Shown piece by piece: positions 36,955 to 48,153 of a DNA stretch of 64,000 nt. A program made the translations under genes and the position numbers. Position 1 is the first letter of the stretch. Each line of letters opens with the position of its first letter. The notes under the pieces were generated by a model. That model worked only from the letters and a program-made list of their open reading frames with translations. It was not told the DNA's origin and did not search any database. The stretch comes from Cyanophora paradoxa CCMP329 (taxonomy: Eukaryota; Plantae; Glaucophyta), in assembly GCA_004431415.1 (NCBI GenBank), contig QPMI01000393.1:1-64000 (forward strand), read 5' to 3'.

Positions 36955-37315
36955 GCTATAGAACGGGAAATATTTAGGACACTGAATCTTTTTAGTATTA
37001 AATTCTGGAGGCCTGATTACTAAATATTTATCGTATACTAAATCCGAAGGTTGGGGTGGGGGGGTACGTAGCCCGTGCAGCCGAAGTTGCAGCGCAGGAG
37101 AAGCATGCCGCGCCGGCGCCGCCGATGAGAGCGCAAAAGCGCGCAGCGTTTCTCCTGATTCCTGACCCCTCGCGCGCGCCGCGCCCACCCCTTCTAAAGG
37201 CCGCTACTAAAGCGCTCCGCGCGGCTGACTCTTAAATATTTTCAGCCTACTAAACCAGCCGAACCCCGGAATTACTAAATATTTTGGGGTCTTAAATATT
37301 ACCCGTTCTACAGTA
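36955..37315. mobile_element. Degenerate MITE with ~40-bp imperfect TIR (..TAGAACGGG.AATATTTA.. / ..TAAATATTACCCGTTCTACAGTA)
   Basis: Imperfect inverted repeats at both ends. Related ends occur at ~35880-35913 and ~37499. Confidence 0.45.
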
Positions 37316-37910
37316 ACGACGACCGTCGGACATTGTCGATGTCGGACAGTCGATCGGAGGCTGGGCCCGGGAGACCGACATTAATTATATATAATTACCG
37401 TCAGATGCCTGACAGACGGTAACCCTACTCCGATCCGGCCTGACGGTACCCGCCTAACATAAAACATTGACAGCTGCATGCAGTACGTACGGTGCCAGTA
37501 CTGTAGAACTGGTTAATTTAGTACAGGAAAATAATTAGTACTTCGCCAAAACTGCCACTTTAGCGGCTGGTAAAACTTTAGTAGGTCAGTCTTCGCAGGG
37601 CGTTTGTATGGCGGAGGCGGGGCTACCCCTACAAATTCAATGCGATTCTCGGCTTTAGCAGGCGAGAAATATTTAGTAGATCGCCCAAAAACTTTTAGTA
37701 CTATAAATATGCAGCCCACTAAATATTTCTAGCTCTCCAGTACCTCGGACCGTCGGACCGGATCCGTGAGTCCGGATCCGGCCGGGTCACCGTGGCACCG
37801 CCGACTCACCGGCCCGGCGCCGGCGGGTCCTCTAAAATTTTGAGCGCAGTTATAATTATATCAACTTATATGCATATATGGTAGCGCAGTACTAGTATAC
37901 GTAGAATCGT

Positions 37911-37912
<2 letters not shown>

Positions 37913-37946
<34 letters not shown>
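37913..37946. repeat. (TA)n microsatellite
   Basis: About 17 TA units visible directly. Confidence 0.9.
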
Positions 37947-37949
<3 letters not shown>

Positions 37950-38205
37950 AGCGCGGTAATCGATGATGCCATCATTGCCATGATGCCGATGATGATACCG
38001 GTATATGGCAACCTCGATCGCGAGCTCCGGCCCCCGGGATCCACAGGCGGGGAAGCACGAGGGGTACCGGTATATCACCATATCACCGTATACTAGTATA
38101 CGTACCGGGTACTACCGGCCCGGCGGACTCCGGGACGCGGCCGAGCATGCACAGTGCATGCGCACCTAGCTATACTAGTAGCCTATACTATATGATAGGG
38201 TTACC

Positions 38206-38819
38206 TAGGCTTGCGGCTAGCGGGGTCGCGGGCCGGCTCGAGCCGAGCCTAGCCAGCCCGAAAAGCGGCTCGAGCCGCTAGCTAGCCTGGCTAGCCTCGG
38301 CCGCTTTTCGCCTTCCCTAGCCGGCTAGCTAGCCTGCTAGCCCGGCTAGTCTCTCCCCCCCCCCCCTCGAGCTCCCCTCTCTCGCACGAAGTCCACAATG
38401 ACTCCACATACGATCGCGGCGGTGACGATCTGATTCGCCTGCTTCTGATCACGGCGGTGACGATCGATCGGATGCTGCTGTCGGAGGCGATTGACGTGAA
38501 CTGGAGGCGACCGGAGCGAAATGCTGGAACATGGTCGGCTGCTGTGCGGCGTGGAAGGTGCGGCTAGGCGCAAACTTCGGCCCCATCGCGAGGCTACGCG
38601 AGCGCTGCAGCTGGCTACGAGCCGGCAGTGCGTTGTATAGCGTACGCCAGCTACGGCTGCCCCGGCTAGCCCCCCCCGGCTAGCCAGCAGGCTAGCCTCC
38701 CCCCGCGCTAGCCGGGCTTGCAAGCCGGCTAGCCATTTCCAAACGGCGGCTCGAGCCGGCCGCCAAAGTCCGCTAGCCTAGCCGGCTTGCTAGCCGGCTA
38801 GGCTCGAGCCGCAAGCCTA
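38206..38819. mobile_element. hAT-type MITE, 614 bp, with 8-bp TSD, inserted into the terminus of another element
   Basis: Ends are TAGGCTTGCGGCT.. and ..AGCCGCAAGCCTA, flanked by GGGTTACC (38198-38205 and 38820-38827), with GCTAGCC subterminal repeats. Confidence 0.85.
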
Positions 38820-38913
38820 GGGTTACCGCACTGGGGCACCGACAATTCGAATTCGGACCGCCGGCCGCGCCGGGCCGGGAGCTCGACCAGCGCTGGCCGT
38901 GGCCATGGCACTG

Positions 38914-41900
38914 ATGATGGCAGGCAGTGGCAGCACCTCGATCGACCGGCCCGGCGGCGACGTCGACTCGCGAATCGCGATCGGCGAGCTCAGACCGTCG
39001 CCGGGCGGCCGGGGCGGCCTGCAGCTGGCACACGCGTACGGCCGCACACGCAGCCTGGCAGGCGTAGGGCCGGCGGCGGTTCATGCGTTTCAAATTCGCG
39101 ATGCATATAAACGCGTACGGGTTCTGGATCGCGTCTGCGAGCTGCGCAGTCGTCGCCATTTGGGCGGTCTGCGGCTGGCCATGCACTCCAGGCCTGGCGA
39201 TAGGGGCACTCGCTGATCATGAACTCGACCACGTGCACGAGCTCGAGCTCGAGCTCGTCTGCTGGTGGCTTCAGCGGGCTACGCGTCCCAGCCTGCTCGG
39301 ACCTCCGGACGATCTGTATGTTCGAAGTGAGCGCATCTTTCGAATTCCTGTGCACGTGGGCGTCTAGATCTCATGCATGCGCATATATATGATCATGATC
39401 CGGCCGCGGGCAAACGTACGCGTCGACATATGCATGGGCCAGCGCTAGCCTATATATGCATATTAACGGCAGCATGCGCATGCGCACGTGCACGTGCATC
39501 CTAGTACTAGCTATAGTACCAGTATACGCAAGCTAACACTGCGCATGCGCATGCGCAGGGCTGGTCCGTCACGTGCGAGATGCTAGCGCTGTTGACGTCG
39601 GAGCTGCGCTTACGCACGCCCTCCGCTGCCTGTCGGCGCGGCTGGAAGACCGGCGACTCGGATTCGTCGCGGCGTCCAAGACCCTCGCCGTGGCGCACCG
39701 CATCATCGACGCCACAGCTGCGGATGCCAGGGACCGATCAATATCGGTCATGAAACACGTGCACGGTACGCGTACGTCCGCGTCGTGCGCGTGCGCGTGT
39801 GGGCAATCACATGTACGCATACTAATAAAATTCCGTATGCGCAGCGAACACGACGATGCGGCAGGCGTCGAATGAGCTGACAGCCGCCGTCGAAGCGCTT
39901 TCCGCGCGGTGGGACCGGGCGGTAAATTCAGCCGAGAGAGAGGAGCACCAGGACGCGTCTGCGGCTGCGATCATTCAAGAGTCGACGTTCGTCCTGTCGT
40001 CTCTCGCCGCCATGCTGGCAGAGAAGCTGCGAGCGCTGTCGAGCCATGATACCGATTCTGCACATGCCGGCCGGGGCGCTTGCCAGTGCGTGATCCGATT
40101 TGATGATCAACGCCATAATACATAATAGTCTTTAATTTCTACGATATTCTCTCGCAGGGGCGCTGGTGGCTTGCAAAAATTGACAAGAGCACTGAACGTG
40201 GTCCCTGCCATCGAAAAGGCCCTGCAAGTGGCCCTCTGGTGCGCTTTGTTCTCTCACTTCACCATGCATAAATATTTGACGAATCCGAATACATATCGAC
40301 GCCGCTGACGTCGACGGGGCTGGGGCTGGCCTGGGCGCCGTCTCGGACAGGCACGCGGACGGGCGCCGGGCGCTGGAGGAGGGCGCGGCGCTCTCCGCGG
40401 GCCCCGACGAGAGCTCCTCCGACTGGGAGGTCATCTCCCGCCAGGCGAGTCCATATTCATCTTAGATTATCTAATTATAATAATATACGAGTGTATGCGC
40501 ACTATTTTGGAAACAACTGACCGCAATATTATCAAGCAGAAGGCTGCGTCGCTCCCTCTGCTGCTGTGCGAGGCCAGAGCTGTTCTCGGCTCCGCACTGA
40601 TCTGCCTCGGGGATTTACGAGGTGCACGCCCGCGCGAAGCGCCCGCGGGACGCGCTGCGAGCTTTTGCCACATAGCTCTTAGCCTTCCTCGCCGAGTCAG
40701 GGCCTACCAGGCCCCCTTCCCCCCCCCTCCCTCCCCCCCCGCCTCGAGCTCCCCCCCCAGTTTCCCGCGCTCCCCCCCCCCCTCCCCCACTCCCGTCTCC
40801 TCCCGTCCCCGCTTCCCCCCCCCCCTCCCTCCCCCCCTCTCCCCCCGGCCCGGCCCCGTTCCCCGCCCCCACTCTCCGAATCCCCCGCCGGATAGGCCAT
40901 GTATCCCTGCCCCCGCCGTAAATCTCTCGCCCCCCCCCCTCCCCACACCCCGCCTTACGGGCCCTTCAGCTTTATATCCGGATCCGGATCGGATGATCTG
41001 TATTTGCTGACTGTGTGATTCAGCTTTCTCGCAGGAGCTCGCGATCGCGACTGAGCTCAAGGCCGGTCGTGACATCGTTCGCAACGCACACCGATCGCTG
41101 CTGGTAATATGAACTATTGTTCGATCGACATTGCGAAGGTTGGGCGTGAAAAATTAGTGATTGTGGGTGCGGACGCGCAGGCGTTGTCTCGAGAAGCAGA
41201 AAAGATACACGAAGTGCGAGCTGCGAGGATTGGTTTGCCCGATATTAATCTAGATCATGAGAATGAGAACGAGCTCAAATTTGAAGTAAGCTTGCTTTGC
41301 GCATGCTTATATAATTATATATACACAATATTTAATTTGAAACATAACTAATATTATATTCCCGAGCGCTAGCTCGAGCTCACGCGTATACTTATATACG
41401 TACAGAATTCGAACTTCGACCATGCGCATCAAGCCTACCGGCCTTGCGATTGGGAGACCTTCGAGTTCTCCCGGCCGATTGCAGATGGCCAGGATGATCT
41501 CGAATGGGCCGACGCCGGATTTGAATCACCGCATCGACACTTCGAATTCGACGCGTGGAGAATCGACACCCGAAAGGTGCGTGTGTGCATGCGCACTAAG
41601 ATAGTATACACACCTGCAAGCTGCAGCTGATTTGAGCGTGCAGTTGAGAATTGGCAAGCGAATTGCGCGAGACACCGGCGGTCACGATGACACGCTCGTC
41701 GAAGTTTTTCAAGGACAATACAGAGGTTTGTTTAATGAACCAGACCTGCAGCGCTAGCTGTACTACGGTAGACATACGTATACGCAAGCTTTGACGGCTT
41801 CGCGATTGCAGGCAAGGACGTCGCCGTGAAGAGGATGACGCACAGGGACGAGTACGCGCACGCGACCTGGGACACCGAGCGGCAGATGTTCCTCAGACTG

Positions 41901-43481
41901 CGGGGCGAAGCCGACCTGCACTGGTGCGCTTCCCACCCGATCGCGATTTATATTCGGCAATATAAATGCCACGTGCATTTTCATAGATGTCACATCATTA
42001 TTTAAAAATCGTGCTCGATTGCGAGCTCGTGTTAACGTTAACGTTGTGCAGGTCCCTGCAGTCTCCGCGGGTTGTAGCCCTCGTCGGGGCTTCGCTCAGG
42101 CCCCCCGGCCCCGTGCTCGGTGAGAATTTGAAGTTCATGCGCATGCGTAGCCACGTCCCGTAGTACGACGGAGGCTTTATTTAAATCCAACAGTGACGGA
42201 GTACATGGCACGAGGGAACTTGAAACAGATTATTCGGGTGCGCTCTGCGCTTGCGCGTGTAATAATTCAATGATTACCTCAAGCATTAAATAATTTAAAT
42301 CATGATTATGCGCACACGCGCAATAAGAATTCTTTAAAAGACCTCGTCTGCGTGCACGTGCACGCGTACATTCACCGTGGCACATCAATTCATCATGGCA
42401 TCACGTTTGAGTTTAATTCCCGAGTCCGCAGAACAGCTCCTTAATCCAGGCGCTGGACTGGAGTAGAATTGTGATGATGGCTCTTCAGGCTTCCGAAGGT
42501 GCGAGAACTGTTGACATTACGTATACTGATCATTAATATTAATTTTGAATATTTCGTTCTGCGCCCAGGCCTGCATTTTCTCCACAGCAGAGCGCCCCCT
42601 GTGATACACAGAGACGTCAAGGTGTGCAATTCGTGAAGCGTCCGCGTGTCGTTTACTGATACTTCAGCATACGCAAAATCATATATAATTTCTTGACCAT
42701 GTGATTAGTCGGAGAATTTCTTTGTTGTGCGTAAATGATCGTCTACAAGTTGCATGCGCTTTCTCGATTCGGATCTGACTGTGCAGGAACATAGGACGAC
42801 CGGTTTAACGTCAAGATTGGCGGTCCGTTAACGTTACCCATTTCTTAAGCTTGTCCTCGAGTTTTGTTGGGGATGTGGTTTGATGCGTTGCGCAGACTTG
42901 GGTCTTGCGCGATCGCTCTTAGATGGGCCTCTGTCGCAGGAGGGAATCCACCCCGTCGGCGACCGCCACGTACGTGTACCCCTCTTCGAATTACATTAAA
43001 AACCCCATTTCGTCTGCGATCGACATCGAGCTCACGATCGCCGCGCGGCGGCCGCGGGCAGTACCGGGCGCCGGAGGTGGAGCGGATGGGGCCGTACAGC
43101 GAGCGGAGCGACGTGTTCGGCCTCGGGGTCGTCCTCTGGGAGCTCCTCGCCCGCCGCCCCGTCGACGGCTGGGTCCGCCACGAGCACGTGCGCCCGCACG
43201 CCCCGCTTTCGTGAGCTTGCAATAAATATATATCACAATTGGCTTAGCGTTTAGTTTGCCCACTCGTTTGGCGTGATCCGTGCAACGTTGGCGTGATCAA
43301 CGCGTACGCTGCGCAGATCAAAGCGCGGGTGATGGAGGGGGGCGAGCGGCCGCCCGTCCCGCCCGACCTCCCGCCCGCCCTCGCGCGGCTCCTCGCGCGC
43401 TGCTGGGCCGAGGACCCCGCCGCCCGGCCCCCCACCGCCGAGATCGTGGACACCCTGCGGCGGGCGGTCGCAGCGACATGA
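38914..43481 (+). CDS. TKL-family protein kinase (kinase domain ~41640-43481); N-terminal exons and start uncertain
   Basis: Exons: GKDVAVKRM, VVALVGAS, VTEYMARGNL, GLHFLHSRAPPVIHRDVK/SENF, VKIG/DLGLAR, YRAPE..YSERSDVFGLGVVLWELL, CWAEDPAARP. Confidence 0.8.
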
Positions 43482-43705
43482 GCCCTACAGCTAGTTATAG
43501 GCCTTGACGGCATCTATCGACTGTGCAGATTAAATGCGTGATGACGCATATGACCGGCAGCTGCACCTGGCACATGGTATCCAATGATCTCGCGAATTTT
43601 CAAATGGGCGCGGCCCGGCGGGTGGATTGGCATGCGCAGCACCGCAGCGCGTGCAGCCATATGCTATTAATATTGCTAGCGCTAGATTCTCTCTCGGATC
43701 CCGCT

Positions 43706-45491
43706 TCAGCTTTCTTCAATTTGCTGTGCAATATACGTAGTGCTCTGAAACCGGCGGGCCTTGGCCATGGCGTGGGGGGCCACGTCGGGGTGCTTCTCTC
43801 CGAGGACCGCCTGCCGCGCCCGCAGGCACGCCATGCCAGCGCATGCCGGCCGAAGCGGAGGCTCAGGGGGGCGCCGGGGGGCGGATCCGGAGGGCTGGGG
43901 AGGGGGACGGCGGGGTGGGGGGTACGCGCCCTGTAGAGGCCCTCCGCCTCCTCGTACCGCTGCCGGCGGGGGTACCTTTGTCAGCGCTCGCCCTGGTCGG
44001 CCCGCCCGGCGCCGCGGGGCGCTCGACCGAGACGCTAGGGCGACCCCCCATCTATTCCAAGCGGGCGCTCCCCTCGAGCTTCCCTCCAGGCTCCCCCGCG
44101 CCCCCCGGAAAGAGGATCTGGCTGCAGCCGGGCCCGGGGCGGCCCGCCCGGCGCGGGGCGGCGCGGGGGTACCGCTGCCGGCCGCTGAGCGCTCGCCGGC
44201 GCGGCGCGGCGCTGGACCCAGGCGCTATGGGCGACCTCCTATCCATCCCCAGCGGGCGCCCTCCTCCATCGCGAGCTCCCCCCGGCCGCGGCCCCCCCGC
44301 GCCCCCCGGAAAGAGGGTCTGGCTGCTGCCGAGCGGGAAAGGCGGGCCTGCGCGGCGAAGTGGAGGCCGGCGGCGTCAATAACGTTGCTGAGGGAGCTCG
44401 CCGTCTCGGGGTGCGAGGCGCCCAGCGCCCCCTCCCGCGCCCCCCGCGACCGCTGCGAGGGTGGGGGGCGCCCGCGCATGAGGGGAAGCCGCCGCTGCCG
44501 TCATCGGAGGCCGCGAGGTTGGACGGAAGGAGCGCCCTCGGGCATAGGCTCTAAGAGCGCAGGGGCCGCGGGCCCGGGGCCGCTCGCGGCCGGCAGTAGG
44601 GGCCCGCGAGGCTACTAAAAGCGCCTGCGGTGCTACTGGGAGCGCCCTTGGGCCGCGGACGGCGGTGGGGGCCAGCGGGGCGTGGCGGGGCGGGCACGTC
44701 GTAGAGGGTGGAGGCTTCGTGGAAGTGCCCCTGCGTGCCCCGCGGTTAGCCGGCCGGGCGCCTCCAGGGCGCGGCGCTGGGGCAGCTGGCTCCGCCCCGC
44801 GCGCCCCCCGCCGCCTCCCGTGCAACCGAATACGAAGCTCCTGAGCACCCAAGTCTAAGCTTAGACCTAATCCTCAGCCTCCGAGACGGACCTGGGCGAA
44901 GCGGAGCTTGCCGAGGGCGTTCACCGAGGCCGCCGTGTCCGGGTGGCAAGCCCTGCGGGGGGGAGAAAGGGTGCCGCCGCCGCTCAGGCCGAGGGAGCGG
45001 GGCGGAAGAGAGAAAGGGCGGGGCGGGGCTGTGGGCAGCCGTCTCCCAGAACTATATATACCCGGATCTAAACCAAGAGAGGAAGGGGAGAAAGGCGGGC
45101 GTGGCGGGGCGCGCGGACCCGAAGACGGCCTCCCTGACCTCGATGGCCCGCTGCGCCCCCGGCTCAGAGAGAGAAGGGGCGAGGGGCCTAAAAATAGCTG
45201 GGGGAAGGGGGGGTAGAGGTGCCTGCAGGAGCGCCTCGGCCTCCTCGTAGCGCGCCTGCCACGGCCTCAGATCGGCGGGGGGAGGGGGGGGGGAAGGGGG
45301 CGCGCCTGGGCGGTGCGGAGGCGGCCCATGGCGGTGAGCGTGCTCGCCACGTCGACGTCGGGGTGCGAGCTCGAGGGCCTGCGAGCTCGAGCAAGCCGGG
45401 GCGGGCCGGCTTAGAAGGGGGAGGGGAGAAGGAGGATGGGGCGGGGTACCCAAGGGCGCAGCCGCAGCGCTTTCTGCGCGGCGCAGAGCTC
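43706..45491 (-). pseudogene. TPR (kinesin-light-chain/TPR_12-like) gene, degenerate and 5'-truncated at the viral insertion
   Basis: Exons: DVASTLTAMGRLRTAQ/ARYEEAEALLQ/RAIEVREAVFG, HPDTAASVNALGKLRFAQ, ALGASHPETASSL, RYEEAEGLYR, VLGEKHPDVA. No start codon is found before the switch to AT-rich sequence. Confidence 0.6.
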
Positions 45492-45536
45492 AGAAGGAGG
45501 AGGAAAATAAAAGCAGCCATAGGGCGAAGCCATAGG

Positions 45537-45633
45537 GACACATATGTATAAACTTATTTAAATCCCTCGTTCATCTCGATCGCTTCGCGATCTCGATTCA
45601 CTCAGGATTTAAATAAGTTTATACATATGTGTC
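45537..45633 (-). other. 97-nt terminal hairpin: 29-bp perfect stem, three tandem GA/GA mismatches and a GCGAAGC apex on the minus strand
   Basis: 45537-45565 is the exact reverse complement of 45605-45633. The inner part reads cTCgtTCatcTCgatcgc-ttc-gcgatcTCgatTCacTCa. Confidence 0.9.
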
Positions 45634-45943
45634 AAAATTAATACTAAAATACGTATTTATCGATTAAATTCTTTAACTTTTTATGCAAATTTTGTATAAA
45701 TTAATGCAAACTTTGTATTAAAAATGAAAAACGCGTTTAACTTTATGCATATTTACGATTGCATCAATTGATCTTATATCGATTGATTATGTTCTTTGTC
45801 GATTACATATATAACTGCGATAGATTAACATTAAACTACTTAAAGATCGATATAATCGCGATTAAATTGCATAAATTCGCATAAACTCGATATATCTCAT
45901 CGGTATTGAAGTAGACCACCGCCCATTGTGTATCGAAAAACGC

Positions 45944-46203
45944 AAAAAGTGTCACAGAGTTGCATTGTGTCCAATTGAACAATCGATGAGATTGCTGATT
46001 TGCATTTTTGCACCCAAAAACTGTCACAGAGTTGCATTATCTCCCATTAAACAATCGATTAGATTGCGGGATTTTCTATTGGAATATATCGGAACTGCAT
46101 TATGTCCAATTAAACAATCGATGAGATTGCGGATTTATATTTTAGATTGAAAAAAGTGTCACAGAGTTGCATTATCTCCAATTGAACAATCGATTAGATT
46201 GCA
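45944..46203 (+). repeat. Four ~50-bp direct repeats (AAAAGTGTCACAGAGTTGCATTATCTCCAATTGAACAATCGATTAGATTGC consensus) with ~20-bp variable spacers
   Basis: Copies near 45944, 46015, 46093 (partial) and 46150. Confidence 0.85.
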
Positions 46204-46315
46204 TATGTTCTATAAAACAGAATAATTGAGATCAAGTGTGACAGGTAGTATTCAAATGATATTCAGTAAGAGATAGTTTTGTTTTTGAGAAAGTCAGTAA
46301 GAGGGGTGGAATGTC

Positions 46316-46418
46316 TGTGACGCCTGTGACGGCTGTGACGCCTGTTTTCAGAAGTCTGTCATTTTTGAAAATTTTAAAAAGTTTGAAAGTAGGTGTCACA
46401 GGCGTCACAGGCGTCACA
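46316..46418 (+). repeat. Inverted-iteron module 1: (TGTGACGCC)x3 - AT-rich core - (GGCGTCACA)x3
   Basis: 103 bp, read directly from the sequence. Confidence 0.9.
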
Positions 46419-46606
46419 CTCAATTAAATTAGGTGTCACAGCGAAATTGCAGACCATTTCCAGTAAGACAACTTCGCATTTTCAAAAAGGTTGATTAATG
46501 GATAGTGTTTTGTAGGTGTCAGAGGTGTCACAAGACGGATTTCAGTAAGACAAGAATATATTTTCGAAAATCTCAGTAAGAGAAAGAGATTCCATTTTTA
46601 ATTGGG

Positions 46607-46709
46607 TGTGACGCCTGTGACGGCTGTGACGGCTGTTTTCAGAAGTCTGTCATTTTTGAAAATTTTAAAAAGTTTGAAAGTAGGCGTCACAGGCGTCACA
46701 GGCGTCACA
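46607..46709 (+). repeat. Inverted-iteron module 2, near-identical to module 1
   Basis: 103 bp with the same AT core, TTTTCAGAAGTCTGTCATTTTTGAAAATTTTAAAAAGTTTGAAAGTA. Confidence 0.9.
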
Positions 46710-46942
46710 GTCAATTAAAGAGGCGTCACAGTCAATTAAATAGGTGTCACAAGACGGATTTCAGTAAGACCATCTGAAATTCTGAATATCTCAGTGTCAA
46801 CTAACTCGGAAATCGCAATACTCTATGTTTCTCCGATTTCTCCAACCCTGAAAACACACCTGTTATTCTCTCATCTATCTCATGAGATACTCTCGTTTCG
46901 CCAAAAATTGACAAACGATTTCCCATCATGCTGTAAAGGAAA

Positions 46943-47210
46943 GATGCCGATTAACCAGCAATATCACAATTTCCATGGGACTTACATCTTGATTGTGAAT
47001 AGAATGCAAGATCATTATGAGATCTTTCAAGAGATGGGATTGCGAATTACAAGGAGATCAACTCTTTGTAGATTCTTGAAAAGGAATGGTGCTAAATGGG
47101 ATAAGACAATTCGCCGATGGTATACAGAAGATCCAAAGAGTCCCCTTCTTAATATTTTCGAGACAGATGGAGAGTTCTTCTATCAGGATCGGTTTAATCA
47201 TTACCAATAG
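46943..47210 (+). CDS. Small viral protein with a DUF5710-like motif
   Basis: LKRNGAKWDKTIRRWY resembles the DUF5710 GAxWDxxxxxWY motif. Confidence 0.45.
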
Positions 47211-48125
47211 CCAGAAACTCCAACTGGAATGAGTTGTCAATCCCATTCATGTCTACAAGATCACCATAATAATCTCGAAACTCAACTGTTAACTCTCTAA
47301 TCACCAGGTTTCGATCGGTTATTTTTATGTATTCACTGTGCTCTCCACTGTGATAAACATACTGTCCAATATCTTTACTCAATTGCAATCTGAGAATCGC
47401 CCCTTGATTCTGTGGTTGTGATCTTGGGACAATATTGTGGTTTGTAGCAAATGGGGAGAGTTCTTTAATGTGCATGTATAAATACTGTTCTGCATTCATG
47501 TCTGTCATCTTGGATGCTTCTAACTTGTAGTTTAAGCGAGATGCCTCGAATTCATATCCTGTGAATGTGATTCCCCATTGGGGATGGTTTGGGGTGATTG
47601 GGATTCCTGCAAAATAGAGGAAATTCTCGGGGCATATAAAGACCTTGCAGACTCTGGGAAATCGTAGGTTTGCTCAATTGAAGCGACCCACTCCACAGAA
47701 CTAACCCCAAGAAGTTTACCCAATCTCTGTGTAGATGCTACCATCTCGAATTGAACATTACTGTAAAACTCCAATTTGTAGGAAGTAGGGTTGTAGTAGA
47801 CCTTGAATGCATATGTGAGATTGTTGCTTCCAGTAAAGGTGAAATTCAGACCATAATTATATGGACTGGTGACCCCGAAATGCCCTTGATTAATATAACC
47901 ACTTGGGAGAAGGTATACCTGTTTGGTTTCAGAGATGCCTTGGTAGTAGAATCTGACAAGAAGGTGATCTGTTCCAATGGAGTTATAGATGCTGTTGGGG
48001 ATTTCTGCATACAAAACTCGACATTCTCTTGGTTTAGTCACTGGGGTTGTGAGTGAAACTTTGTAGGAGTTTTCTATTTGTCCATCTGATCGGTCTCTGC
48101 TATCTATATTGACCAGCCGAATCAT
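47194..48125 (-). CDS. Minor capsid/penton-like protein 1 (one frameshift near 47530-47610)
   Basis: N-terminal IDSRDR...VLYAEIPNSIYN and C-terminal YLYMHIKEL..LTVEFRDYYGDLVDMNGIDNSFQLEF are typical of PLV/NCLDV single jelly-roll penton proteins. Confidence 0.75.
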
Positions 48126-48153
48126 TTTAATATATGTTTATAGATAAAAGAAG

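Larger units (their letters stand above)
36072..37426. mobile_element. Nest of TAGGGTTACC-ended hAT-like non-autonomous element fragments
   Basis: GGTTACCGCACCGACAATTCGGAGCTTCGTCA (~36081) is inverted at ~36885-36920. TAGGGTTACCGTCTG (36125) is inverted at ~37412-37426. Confidence 0.65.

Noticed and set aside
1-45491. Hundreds of long Arg/Pro/Gly/Ala-rich ORFs in the six-frame track
   Set aside because: They are artefacts of very high GC and intron read-through. The real genes are spliced and were reconstructed from motifs.
45944-46203. CRISPR array
   Set aside because: The repeats are longer than the spacers and degenerate, there are only four, there are no cas genes, and the context is eukaryotic viral.
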